In this document: positions 8,289 through 17,920 of the stretch, one piece after another | How positions within the stretch are numbered: the first letter of the stretch is position 1 | How the letters are laid out: every line of letters starts with the position of its first letter | Origin: an uncultured Bermanella sp. | GTDB lineage: Bacteria; Pseudomonadota; Gammaproteobacteria; Pseudomonadales; Oceanobacteraceae | Reading direction: 5' to 3' | NCBI GenBank assembly: GCA_913054445.1 | Contig: CAJXIK010000001.1 | Location: forward strand, 1 to 34,827 | DNA: 34,827 nt | Notes under the pieces: generated by a model | What the model was told of the DNA's origin: nothing | What the model saw: the letters and a program-made list of their open reading frames with translations, nothing else | Databases searched by the model: none | Translations under genes and position numbers: made by a program

Positions 8289-9074
8289 TCAAAAGAAAAC
8301 GTATTTAGCCCCTAAGCCCATCAACAGGCTAGCGAGGGCGGCTCTCAATATGCTTTCCGGCAATCTTGTCCCCAGCTTACTGCCAAAATGAATGGCTGGA
8401 ATCGAGCCAATCAGCAACGCCCCAAGCAACGCAAAGTCCACATTGCCCAATGATAGGTGAATAAGACCGCCAATCATGGTCAAGGGAACGGCGTGGGCTA
8501 GGTCTGTGCCTATGATATTAATGGATTTCAGGTGGGGGTAGAGTATCAATAATATGGCGGTGCCAATGGCACCAGCCCCCACGGATGACAGAGTGACAAA
8601 TATGCCCAGCAGCACCCCCATGGCCACCGTCAGGGCGGCCTTGTTTTTTTGCAGCCAGCTGCTTTGCTTTAGGTCGGCTTGGCGCTGAGAGAAGAGCTGT
8701 AACTTCTGTCGAAAAATAATCATGCTGGCGGTGAGTATGAGCATGACCCCGAGGCTAGTGGTGATGACACCTGTATATTGCTTGAAGTCGTCGAAGTATA
8801 GGTATAAAACCAAGCCCGTCATCAAGGCGGCCGGAATGCTGCCGAGGGCCAGCAGCCAGGTGATTTCCCAGCGAATACTTTTATGCTGGTGATGAGACAC
8901 CACCCCGCTCGCCTTGGTAATGGAGGCGTAGAGCAGGTCGGTGCCCACCGCCACATGGGGCGGTATGCCAAACATGAGCAGCAAGGGTGTCATGAGGGAG
9001 CCGCCGCCAATGCCGGTCAGGCCGATTATTAGGCCAACCAGCGCCCCCGAGATGATATATAACAGAAAATCCAT
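8289..9074 (-). CDS. TauE/SafE (TSUP) family sulfur-oxyanion transporter
   Basis: GLTGIGGGSLMTP, AVGTDL, SSVGAG and IGTDLAHAVPL (duplicated halves), with multiple hydrophobic segments. Confidence 0.9.
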   Translation of the reverse strand: MDFLLYIISGALVGLIIGLTGIGGGSLMTPLLLMFGIPPHVAVGTDLLYASITKASGVVSHHQHKSIRWEITWLLALGSIPAALMTGLVLYLYFDDFKQYTGVITTSLGVMLILTASMIIFRQKLQLFSQRQADLKQSSWLQKNKAALTVAMGVLLGIFVTLSSVGAGAIGTAILLILYPHLKSINIIGTDLAHAVPLTMIGGLIHLSLGNVDFALLGALLIGSIPAIHFGSKLGTRLPESILRAALASLLMGLGAKYVFF

Positions 9075-9138
9075 GGATATAGTCTAAGCTTATTAAATGT
9101 GGTCTAAGAGATAGATAGTAAATTTAACGATTTCCTTC

Positions 9139-9176
9139 TATTCTTGAAAAGAATATTTAATTATATTTTTATAACC
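9139..9176. promoter_or_regulatory. Candidate CysB site between the divergent TauE gene and cysB
   Basis: TATTCTTGAAAAGAATATTTAATTATATTTTTATAACC is 27/38 identical, ungapped, to 10988-11025 upstream of cysH. Confidence 0.5.
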
Positions 9177-9197
9177 TTTTGTTAGGTGTGAAGGTAG

Positions 9198-10190
<993 letters not shown>

Positions 10191-10207
10191 GCTGGGTAGG
10201 GTTTTAC

Positions 10208-10942
10208 TTAAGACCGGCTGATAATATTTGCTGCGTGCAGGCCGCATTCTTTACCGCCTTCATTTTCCCACCACCAGCGTCCTTCCCTCTCGTGTTGATT
10301 GGGCAGCACCGCCCGCGTGCAGGGTTCGCAGCCTATACTTACAAAGCCTTGCTGATGCAGCGGGTTGAAGGGTACGTCGAACATCTTGATGTAATTCCAA
10401 ACATCTTGCGAAGACCAGTTGGCCAGTGGGTTAAACTTGTACAGTTGTTCATCTATGCCCGTGAAGCCGCTATCCAGTTCAAATACATCGATGGATTGGC
10501 GAGTGCCTGGACTCTGATCTTTTCTTTGCCCCGTGATCCAAGCTTGAGCGCTGGCGAGCCTGCGCCTAAGAGGCTTGATCTTGCGCACGCCACAGCATTG
10601 CTGGTGGCCGTCCTCATAAAAGCTAAATAAGCCTTTTTCTTTTACGAAGGGTTCTAACTCGTCTGCTTTGGGGCTAATAAGCTCTATGTCAATATTGTAG
10701 TGTTTGCGCACGGCCTCTATGAAGGCATAGGTCTGCGGATGCAGGCGGCCCGTGTCTAAGCTAAAGACCTGTATGTTTTTGTTGGCCTTGAGGGCAAGGT
10801 CTATGAGCACGACATCTTCGGCCCCACTGAATGAGATGGCAATGTTGTCAAACTTGCCTAGGGCGAAGGCCATGATTTGCTTGGGCTGTAGGTTGGCCAG
10901 GTCATCATTTATGGTCGATATTTCTGCTGCTGAGATAATCAT
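10208..10942 (-). CDS. cysH: APS/PAPS reductase, [4Fe-4S] APS-reductase type
   Basis: Start probably ATG 10942 after GAGAGGA (alternative 10960). SFSGAED, LDTGRL, the CC...CEPC cluster motif, REGRW and ECGLH. Confidence 0.93.
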   Translation of the reverse strand: MIISAAEISTINDDLANLQPKQIMAFALGKFDNIAISFSGAEDVVLIDLALKANKNIQVFSLDTGRLHPQTYAFIEAVRKHYNIDIELISPKADELEPFVKEKGLFSFYEDGHQQCCGVRKIKPLRRRLASAQAWITGQRKDQSPGTRQSIDVFELDSGFTGIDEQLYKFNPLANWSSQDVWNYIKMFDVPFNPLHQQGFVSIGCEPCTRAVLPNQHEREGRWWWENEGGKECGLHAANIISRS

Positions 10943-10969
10943 TTTTTGTCCTCTCTCCATCTAAATCTG

Positions 10970-11036
10970 ACCATAGCAGATCTTGTATATACTAAAAAAT
11001 AATTATTACGCATAATTTAATAACCATAGCTTATAA
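10970..11036 (-). promoter_or_regulatory. Putative cysH promoter: extended -10 plus candidate CysB site
   Basis: Minus-strand TGcTATGGT at 10978-10970. The region is similar to both the cysI and TauE/cysB upstream regions. Confidence 0.5.
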
Positions 11037-11117
11037 TAAAAGTCGCTTAACAGATTGAAGCAAGCCCGTATAAAAGATAAAGTAGCCCACTTTTTTACCC
11101 TGTCTAGGAGTATTCCC

Positions 11118-11735
11118 TTGGAGCTAGCCTGTCTTGATTTGGAAGGTGTGTTAATCCCTGAAATTTGGATTGAATTTGCCAATAAAACCGGTATTGAGGA
11201 GTTGAAAGCCACCACTCGCGATATCCCCGATTATGACGTGCTGATGAAGCAGCGCCTTAAGATATTGCAAGACAATGGCTTGAAGCTGGATGATATCCAG
11301 GAAGTCATCGCCACCTTAAAGCCGCTTGACGGTGCCATCGAGTTCGTAGATTGGTTGCGTGAGCGTTTTCAGGTGGTGATATTGTCGGATACCTTTTACG
11401 ATTTTGCCCAGCCATTGATGCGCCAACTGGGTTTTCCGACCCTGCTATGCCATAAGCTTGAGGTGAGCGACGAAGGCTTTATTACCGACTACAAGCTAAG
11501 ACAAGTGGATCCTAAGCGTCAATCCATTAAGGCGTTTCATAGTCTAAATTATCGCTGCATTGCCGCGGGTGATTCATACAACGACACCACCATGTTGAGT
11601 GAGGCCGAAGCAGGCATCTTGTTTAAGTCACCGCCAAATGTCATCGCCGAATTCCCCCAGTTTCCGGCCGTGCACGAATACGACGACCTAAAGCGTGAAT
11701 TCATTAAGGCCAGTGTTCGTAACCTAACGCTCTAG
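11118..11735 (+). CDS. thrH: Phosphoserine phosphatase / homoserine phosphotransferase (HAD family), 205 aa
   Basis: TTG start at 11118 after AGGAG gives MELACLDLEGVL. Also ILSDTFY and AGDSYNDTTML. Confidence 0.94.
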   Translation: MELACLDLEGVLIPEIWIEFANKTGIEELKATTRDIPDYDVLMKQRLKILQDNGLKLDDIQEVIATLKPLDGAIEFVDWLRERFQVVILSDTFYDFAQPLMRQLGFPTLLCHKLEVSDEGFITDYKLRQVDPKRQSIKAFHSLNYRCIAAGDSYNDTTMLSEAEAGILFKSPPNVIAEFPQFPAVHEYDDLKREFIKASVRNLTL

Positions 11736-13040
11736 GCTGCCCATAAGCCTGGATATCTTATCCAGGCTTTCTTGATACTCCAGCTGCCACTTCGAGTCGG
11801 CAATGATGCCCCCGCCAGACCAGGTTAGAATTTCATCATCCTGAAACAAGAAGCTCCTAATTAAGATGTTAGAGCTAAAGTTTCCATTCACAGAATAATA
11901 AAAAGCGCTGCCGCAATAAAAACTGCGTGGAAAACCCTCCAGCTCGGCAATGATTTCCATGGCTCGCTTTTTAGGTGCGCCGGTTATAGAGCCGCCGGGA
12001 AAGGCCTCTAGAAACAAGCGTAATGGGCTGCTCTCTGGCTTGAGTTGTGCTGTGATGGTGCTTACCAGATGATGCACGGTGGTGAAGGATTCTATATTGA
12101 AGAGCTTAGGCACCCGCACCTGAGTGGCGTTAATGCTGAGATCGTTGCGTAACAGATCTACAATCATGAGGTTCTCGGCTCTGTCTTTGCGGCTTTCTTT
12201 TAATTGCCGTTTATTATGCTCGTCCGCGGTGGGGGACGACCCCCTAGGCTGCGTGCCCTTGATGGGTTTGGTGGTGATGTGACCAGCGTCGCAATGTATG
12301 AACATCTCGGGCGAGAGGCTGGCAAAGTGCAACTCATCGCATTCAAAGTAGCTGGCATAGGGTACCTGGGCGGCCTCTTTTAATCTTTGGTAGGCGGCTA
12401 TGGTGCTGCCCCGATAGGCGGCTTTGAAACACTGTGCGAGATTAATTTGGTAGCAGTCACCATTGTTTATGTAGTCATGGATGGACTGAATTTTTTGTTG
12501 GTAATGCTGCTGCTGCCACAGGGGCGAAAAAGGGCGCGTAAGCTCGAAACTATCCTCTTGCACTTGGTGGCTGCGTGTAAATAGCTGGAGCAGGCTGGCC
12601 TGTGTTACGGTCGATATGCCATGCCAATAAACCAAATGAGTCTTGGCTTCAACGTGATCAATAACGAAGGCCCAAGTGTAGAGGCCGGCTAAAAGTTTTG
12701 GCTGGTTTGCGAATGAAAGGCCGTGCGTGGGCTTTTTTGTGGCGGACTTACCCAGGTCGTAACTGACGTGCCCCAATAAGCCACCTATAAACGGTAGGCG
12801 ATGATCTTGTTGTGGCAGCAGCGCAAAGAAATCTTCCAGTTCTTTAAGCAGTGAGGGGGTATTTCCTGGCTCGGCAATGTTTAGCTGCCGAATGGGCCCT
12901 GCACTAATAATGCTCCAACGACCGTTTTCATGGGCGTCGTTGGCGCTCTCGAGGGCCACTAGGTTGCCGTGTGAACTTAATAAGTTAAGCAGTCTTGAGG
13001 TGTTTGCCAGGTAGGGGAGCGGGGTCGTTTCGAGTTTCAT
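11724..13040 (-). CDS. pabB: Aminodeoxychorismate synthase component I
   Basis: GDCYQINL, SPEMF, TKPIKGT (PabB-type Lys), AENLMIVDLLRND and PGGSITGAPK. Confidence 0.9.
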   Translation of the reverse strand: MKLETTPLPYLANTSRLLNLLSSHGNLVALESANDAHENGRWSIISAGPIRQLNIAEPGNTPSLLKELEDFFALLPQQDHRLPFIGGLLGHVSYDLGKSATKKPTHGLSFANQPKLLAGLYTWAFVIDHVEAKTHLVYWHGISTVTQASLLQLFTRSHQVQEDSFELTRPFSPLWQQQHYQQKIQSIHDYINNGDCYQINLAQCFKAAYRGSTIAAYQRLKEAAQVPYASYFECDELHFASLSPEMFIHCDAGHITTKPIKGTQPRGSSPTADEHNKRQLKESRKDRAENLMIVDLLRNDLSINATQVRVPKLFNIESFTTVHHLVSTITAQLKPESSPLRLFLEAFPGGSITGAPKKRAMEIIAELEGFPRSFYCGSAFYYSVNGNFSSNILIRSFLFQDDEILTWSGGGIIADSKWQLEYQESLDKISRLMGSLER

Positions 13041-13116
13041 GTCTTACTAAGAGTTGACCAATAGTTGGATTGCCCATTTTATCTATCTCGGAAGAAAATA
13101 GCTCACGGTAATTTTT

Positions 13117-13932
13117 TTAAGCCAGCCTTTTTAACTCCGCGTCCAGCATGATTCTGGTTGAAATTTCTTCGATGGATAAATCTGTGGTGCTTAGAAAAGG
13201 TATATTTTCCTGACGATACAAAAACTCCACTTCTTCCGTTTCATAATAGCATTGGTTTAACGAGGCATAGCGGCTGTTAGATTTTCTTTCATTACGAATG
13301 GCCGACAGCCTTTCAGGGTCTATGGTTAAGCCAAATAATTTATTTTTGTGGGGCTTAAGCGCCTGCGGCAAATTCATGGTGCCTAGGTCTTCCTCGGTCA
13401 ATGGGTAGTTTGCCGCCTTTATGCCGAATTGAAGGGCCATGTATAGGCAGGTGGGAGTCTTACCTGAACGCGAAACCCCCACGAGGATAATGTCGGCCTG
13501 ATCAAAATGTTTTATCTTGCTGCCGTCGTCATTGTCGAGTGCGTAATTGACGGCATCTATCCTCGCTTTGTAAATTTCGTTGTCGCCACCAGCATGGGAT
13601 TTCCCCACGGTGTAGGATGAATGAATTTCTAATTCTTTTTCGAGAGGGGATAAAAAAGTGGAAAATATATCCACCTTAAAGGCATCCGCCTGCGAGATGA
13701 TGTCCCGAATACTTTGATTGACAATAGTATCGAAGACGATCGGTTTAGTGCCGGTGGTCGCCACGATATGGTTTAATTTTCGTACAACATCGAGGGCTTT
13801 TTCGTCGGTATCGATATAGGGCAGGGTGACCTGTTCAAATTCTATACTCTCGAATTGAGACAAAAGGCTATGGCCCAAGGTTTCTGCGGTAATGCCTGTG
13901 CCATCTGAAATGAAAAATGCCTGGCGCTTCAT
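13117..13932 (-). CDS. ppsR: PEP synthase regulatory protein (DUF299 kinase/pyrophosphorylase)
   Basis: [12 protein letters not shown] and [10 protein letters not shown]; divergent from ppsA. Confidence 0.94.
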   Translation of the reverse strand: MKRQAFFISDGTGITAETLGHSLLSQFESIEFEQVTLPYIDTDEKALDVVRKLNHIVATTGTKPIVFDTIVNQSIRDIISQADAFKVDIFSTFLSPLEKELEIHSSYTVGKSHAGGDNEIYKARIDAVNYALDNDDGSKIKHFDQADIILVGVSRSGKTPTCLYMALQFGIKAANYPLTEEDLGTMNLPQALKPHKNKLFGLTIDPERLSAIRNERKSNSRYASLNQCYYETEEVEFLYRQENIPFLSTTDLSIEEISTRIMLDAELKRLA

Positions 13933-14017
13933 ATGGGGCTAACAACCTTGTGAATACAAACTAGAATTAGAGTACTATACCACGGACGTACGCACTAGGC
14001 AGACACTGGAGACCTCC

Positions 14018-16381
14018 TTGAATAATCACGTAATTTGGCTCGATAAAATAACTATGGGTGATGTTGACAAGGTGGGCGGAAAAAATGCTTCTCTAGGGGG
14101 CTTAATCAACGAACTGGCGGCAGAAAAAATTTTGGTGCCCGCAGGTTTTGCCACCACAGTGCATGCCTATAACGAGTTCCTGTCGCAAAATAATCTTAAG
14201 CAACAAATCACATCTCGGCTTGACGCGTTAGACGTTAATAATCTGCCCGAACTTAGCAAGGCTGCTGATGCCATTCAAGCGCTCATTAACGATGCCGAAC
14301 TGCCCCCTAAGCTCATCGCCGAAATAAAAACGGCGCTGGCAACACTGCAAGCCACGGACGATTATTTATCGGTGGCGGTGCGTTCGTCCGCCACCAACGA
14401 AGACTTAGACAACGCCTCGTTTGCAGGTCAACAAAAAACCCTGCTCAACATCGAGGGCTTGGATCAAGTGTTGCTCGCCGTTAAAAAAGTGTACGCCTCC
14501 TTGTACAGCGAACGGGCCATCAGTCACAGAGACCACCATGGTCATGAGGATGCTTGCATGGCGGTGGGCATTCAGAAAATGGTGCGCAGCGACACGGGCT
14601 CGGCCGGTGTGATGTTCACCCTAGACACCGAGTCGGGTTTCGATCAGGTGGTGTTTATTACCAGTGCCTTTGGCTTGGGCGAGAGCGTCGTACAGGGGCA
14701 GGTAAACCCTGATGAATTTTATGTGCATAAGGCGTCATTGCAAGCCGGGCGACCCGCCATATTAAGACGAAATCTAGGGGCTAAGGCCATTCAAATGGTT
14801 CACAGCAGCGCAGCCGATGGGGGATCTAAGGTGGAAACGATTCGGGTCGATCGCCATAAAAGGCTCACCTTCAGCATCAACGATGACGATATTATAGAGC
14901 TGGCACGTCAGGCGTTGATCATCGAGAACCATCATCAAAAGCCCATGGACATAGAGTGGGCAAAAGACGGTGAAAGCGGTCAAATTTATATCGTGCAAGC
15001 CAGGCCAGAAACCGTAAAAAGTCGTGCGGGCAATCGCTCTATGGAGCGTTACCTGTTAAAAGAAACCGGCAGCTTATTGTGTGAGGGCCGCTCGGTGGGC
15101 CATAAAATAGGCAGTGGTGCGGTTAAGGTGCTGGATCACAAGAGTCAGATCGCGGATATAAAGCCAGGGGATGTGTTGGTTGCCGAAATGACCGACCCCG
15201 ACTGGGAACCCGCCATGAAGAAAGCCAGCGCCATCATCACCAATCGTGGGGGGCGCACCTGTCATGCGGCCATCATCGCGCGGGAATTGGGCATTCCTGC
15301 GGTGGTGGGCTGTGGCGATGCCAGCGACAAACTATTATGCGGCCAGCAAGTGACGGTTTCCTGCGCCGAGGGAGACACCGGCTTCATATACGACGGCGCG
15401 CTAAATTTTGAACACAAGACCAACACCACAGGTAACATGCCGCAATTGCCCTTCGAATTGATGATGAACGTGGGCAACCCAGACCGAGCCTTCGATTTTC
15501 AAGGGCTGCCTAACCAAGGGGTGGGCTTGGCCCGTCTAGAATTTATCATTAATCGCATGATTGGTGTTCACCCTAAGGCACTGTTAAATTATGATAGCTT
15601 GCCCCCCGAAATTCGCATGACGGTCGAGCGCAGAATTGCAGGCTATGCCGACCCCATCGAGTTTTATGTGGAAAAATTAGTGGAGGGCATCAGCACCCTA
15701 GCCGCTGCCTTTTCGCCGAAGAAAGTCATCGTTCGCCTATCGGACTTTAAATCCAATGAATACGCCAACTTAATAGGCGGGCGCTTATATGAACCAGAAG
15801 AAGAAAACCCCATGCTGGGGTTTCGTGGGGCCGCGCGCTACATCAGCAAGTCGTTCCGAGACTGCTTCGAACTAGAGTGCCGAGCCATTAAAAAAGTGCG
15901 CAATGAAATGGCCTTCACCAACATAGAGCTAATGGTGCCATTTGTGCGCACGGTGGGGGAGGCCAAACAGGTGGTAGAACTGCTGGCCGAAAATGGCCTA
16001 GTGCGAGGTGAAAATGGCCTGCGCATCATCATGATGTGTGAGCTACCCGCCAACGCACTGCTGGCCGAGCAGTTTTTGCAATATTTCGATGGCTTCTCCA
16101 TCGGCTCTAACGATCTTACGCAATTAACCCTAGGGCTCGATCGGGACTCGGGGGTGATCGCACACCTCTTTAACGAAAGCGACGACGCCATTAGGCAGTT
16201 AATGCACATGGCTATCTCCGCCTGTAAGAAACACGGCAAGTACATAGGCATCTGCGGTCAGGGTCCCAGCGACCACCCCGACTTTGCCAAATGGCTAATG
16301 GAAGTGGGGGTGGACAGCGTCTCATTAAACCCAGACTCCATGTTCGAAACCTGGTTTTATCTGGCAGAAAACTCACAGTAG
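14018..16381 (+). CDS. ppsA: Phosphoenolpyruvate synthase
   Basis: TTG start after GGAG. GGKNASLG, QARPETV, TCHAAIIARE (phospho-His), EENPMLGFRG, SIGSNDLTQ and CGQGPSD. Confidence 0.96.
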   Translation: MNNHVIWLDKITMGDVDKVGGKNASLGGLINELAAEKILVPAGFATTVHAYNEFLSQNNLKQQITSRLDALDVNNLPELSKAADAIQALINDAELPPKLIAEIKTALATLQATDDYLSVAVRSSATNEDLDNASFAGQQKTLLNIEGLDQVLLAVKKVYASLYSERAISHRDHHGHEDACMAVGIQKMVRSDTGSAGVMFTLDTESGFDQVVFITSAFGLGESVVQGQVNPDEFYVHKASLQAGRPAILRRNLGAKAIQMVHSSAADGGSKVETIRVDRHKRLTFSINDDDIIELARQALIIENHHQKPMDIEWAKDGESGQIYIVQARPETVKSRAGNRSMERYLLKETGSLLCEGRSVGHKIGSGAVKVLDHKSQIADIKPGDVLVAEMTDPDWEPAMKKASAIITNRGGRTCHAAIIARELGIPAVVGCGDASDKLLCGQQVTVSCAEGDTGFIYDGALNFEHKTNTTGNMPQLPFELMMNVGNPDRAFDFQGLPNQGVGLARLEFIINRMIGVHPKALLNYDSLPPEIRMTVERRIAGYADPIEFYVEKLVEGISTLAAAFSPKKVIVRLSDFKSNEYANLIGGRLYEPEEENPMLGFRGAARYISKSFRDCFELECRAIKKVRNEMAFTNIELMVPFVRTVGEAKQVVELLAENGLVRGENGLRIIMMCELPANALLAEQFLQYFDGFSIGSNDLTQLTLGLDRDSGVIAHLFNESDDAIRQLMHMAISACKKHGKYIGICGQGPSDHPDFAKWLMEVGVDSVSLNPDSMFETWFYLAENSQ

Positions 16382-16388
16382 GCCAATC

Positions 16389-17345
16389 ATGAAGAGCAGT
16401 AGTTCATTGTTTCCGGTGTCACTGTTACGCGCCGACCTCGTGGCTGAGCGTTTTATCGAAGATACCTACCTGTTAAAGCCAAATAACAGCGCGGATAATA
16501 GCGTGCAGATTGCGGTGACACGCCTGGGTTTTCAAGGCAGTGAGGATAAGGCGGCGCGAGGCATCCCCGTGGTGTTGCTGCATGGTAGCTTCTCTAATCG
16601 CAGCTTTTGGTTTTCAGGGGGCGGCAAAGGCTTTGCTAAATCCTTGCTCGAGGCGGGCTTCGACCCGTGGATGGTCGAGGCCCGAGGTCATGGCGATAGC
16701 CCAGTAAACGATCATTATCGTGATAATAATGTCGAGACCTATTCGAGATTCGATTTACCAGCGGTCCAAGATTTTATCCTAGAGCAGACCCAGCAAAACG
16801 CGTTTTGGATCGGCCACTCCCTAGGCGGGGTCACCATTGCCACCGCGTTGGCGGGTGGCCATCTACAAGCCGCCAATGTACAGGGTATCGTCCTGTTCGG
16901 TGCTCAGGTTAGCCGCTACCCGGTGTTACTAAATATGCCAGGGGTGAGATTGATGGCCAAGCTTGCACTGCTCGCCAAGAAGCGCATCTACGGCAAAGGC
17001 ATGGGGCCCGAGCACGAGCCCGTGGGTATCGCGCGCGAATTTATTCGCTGGTCCGGTTTGTTGGGCGGTTGGCGCTCACAAAAAGGGGGCTCATATTGGC
17101 TGGGGTTGCAAGAGTTGAATATACCCGCACTGGGCTTCGGGGCTAAGCAAGACAAAGCCTACCCAGCGAAACACTGTAAAAAACTCATCCATGCTTTTTC
17201 CCGGCAATCCCAGTTTTATCTTTTAGCCAAAGAATCTGGCTTCACTCAGGATTACAATCACCTCAACATGGTGGTGAGTAAACCGGCGGAGCAAGAGGTG
17301 TGGCCTAAGGCCATCCAGTGGATGAACTTAACATTTAACCCGTAA
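16389..17345 (+). CDS. Alpha/beta-fold hydrolase (esterase-like)
   Basis: VVLLHG, RGHG, GHSLGG nucleophile elbow and C-terminal YNH. Lies between ppsA and rraA. Confidence 0.88.
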   Translation: MKSSSSLFPVSLLRADLVAERFIEDTYLLKPNNSADNSVQIAVTRLGFQGSEDKAARGIPVVLLHGSFSNRSFWFSGGGKGFAKSLLEAGFDPWMVEARGHGDSPVNDHYRDNNVETYSRFDLPAVQDFILEQTQQNAFWIGHSLGGVTIATALAGGHLQAANVQGIVLFGAQVSRYPVLLNMPGVRLMAKLALLAKKRIYGKGMGPEHEPVGIAREFIRWSGLLGGWRSQKGGSYWLGLQELNIPALGFGAKQDKAYPAKHCKKLIHAFSRQSQFYLLAKESGFTQDYNHLNMVVSKPAEQEVWPKAIQWMNLTFNP

Positions 17346-17378
17346 ACCAAACCCTGTAACAAAGACCGAGTGTGGAAC

Positions 17379-17870
17379 ATGAGTATGCAATATATAACCC
17401 CTGACCTATGTGATGAGTACCCCGAAGTTGACGTGCTAGAGCCCCTCTTCAATAATTATGGCGGGCGGGAGTCGTTTGGCGGCGAAGTGATCACCATTAA
17501 ATGCCATGAAGATAATTCCTTGGTAAAAGAGCAGGTGGCTAAACCCGGTAAGGGCAAGGTCATGGTGGTGGATGGTGGCGGCTCCCTGCGTAACGCATTA
17601 TTGGGAGACATGCTGGCCGAGAAGGCGGCGCAAAATGGTTGGGAAGGCATAGTGATTTATGGCTGCATTCGTGACGTGGATGTCATCATGGAAACCGATT
17701 TGGGCGTGCAGGCGCTGGCCGTGCACCCGCGTAAGACAGAAAAGAAAGGAATAGGCGAGATGAATATCCCCGTTAAATTTGCCGGTGTGCAAATCAGCCC
17801 TGGGATGTTTGTTTATGCCGACAATAACGGCATCATTGTTTCTGAAAAAGCCTTGAGCATGCCTGCTTAA
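17379..17870 (+). CDS. rraA: RraA family protein (RNase E regulator / HMG aldolase-like)
   Basis: TPDLCD, EDNSLV, VVDGGGS, ALLGD, GCIRDV and YADNNG. Start is 17379 or 17385. Confidence 0.93.
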   Translation: MSMQYITPDLCDEYPEVDVLEPLFNNYGGRESFGGEVITIKCHEDNSLVKEQVAKPGKGKVMVVDGGGSLRNALLGDMLAEKAAQNGWEGIVIYGCIRDVDVIMETDLGVQALAVHPRKTEKKGIGEMNIPVKFAGVQISPGMFVYADNNGIIVSEKALSMPA

Positions 17871-17879
17871 GGGGGCGTT

Positions 17880-17904
17880 TACGCCTGGAAAGTATCCAGG
17901 CGTA
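17880..17904. terminator. Hairpin between convergent rraA and rapA
   Basis: TACGCCTGGA-AAGTA-TCCAGGCGTA, a perfect 10-bp stem with weak U-tracts. Confidence 0.55.
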
Positions 17905-17920
17905 TCTAAATGACCTACCC

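Noticed and set aside
13948-13959. TTGT-N4-ACAA dyad between ppsR and ppsA (HexR-like)
   Set aside because: Too short to distinguish from chance.
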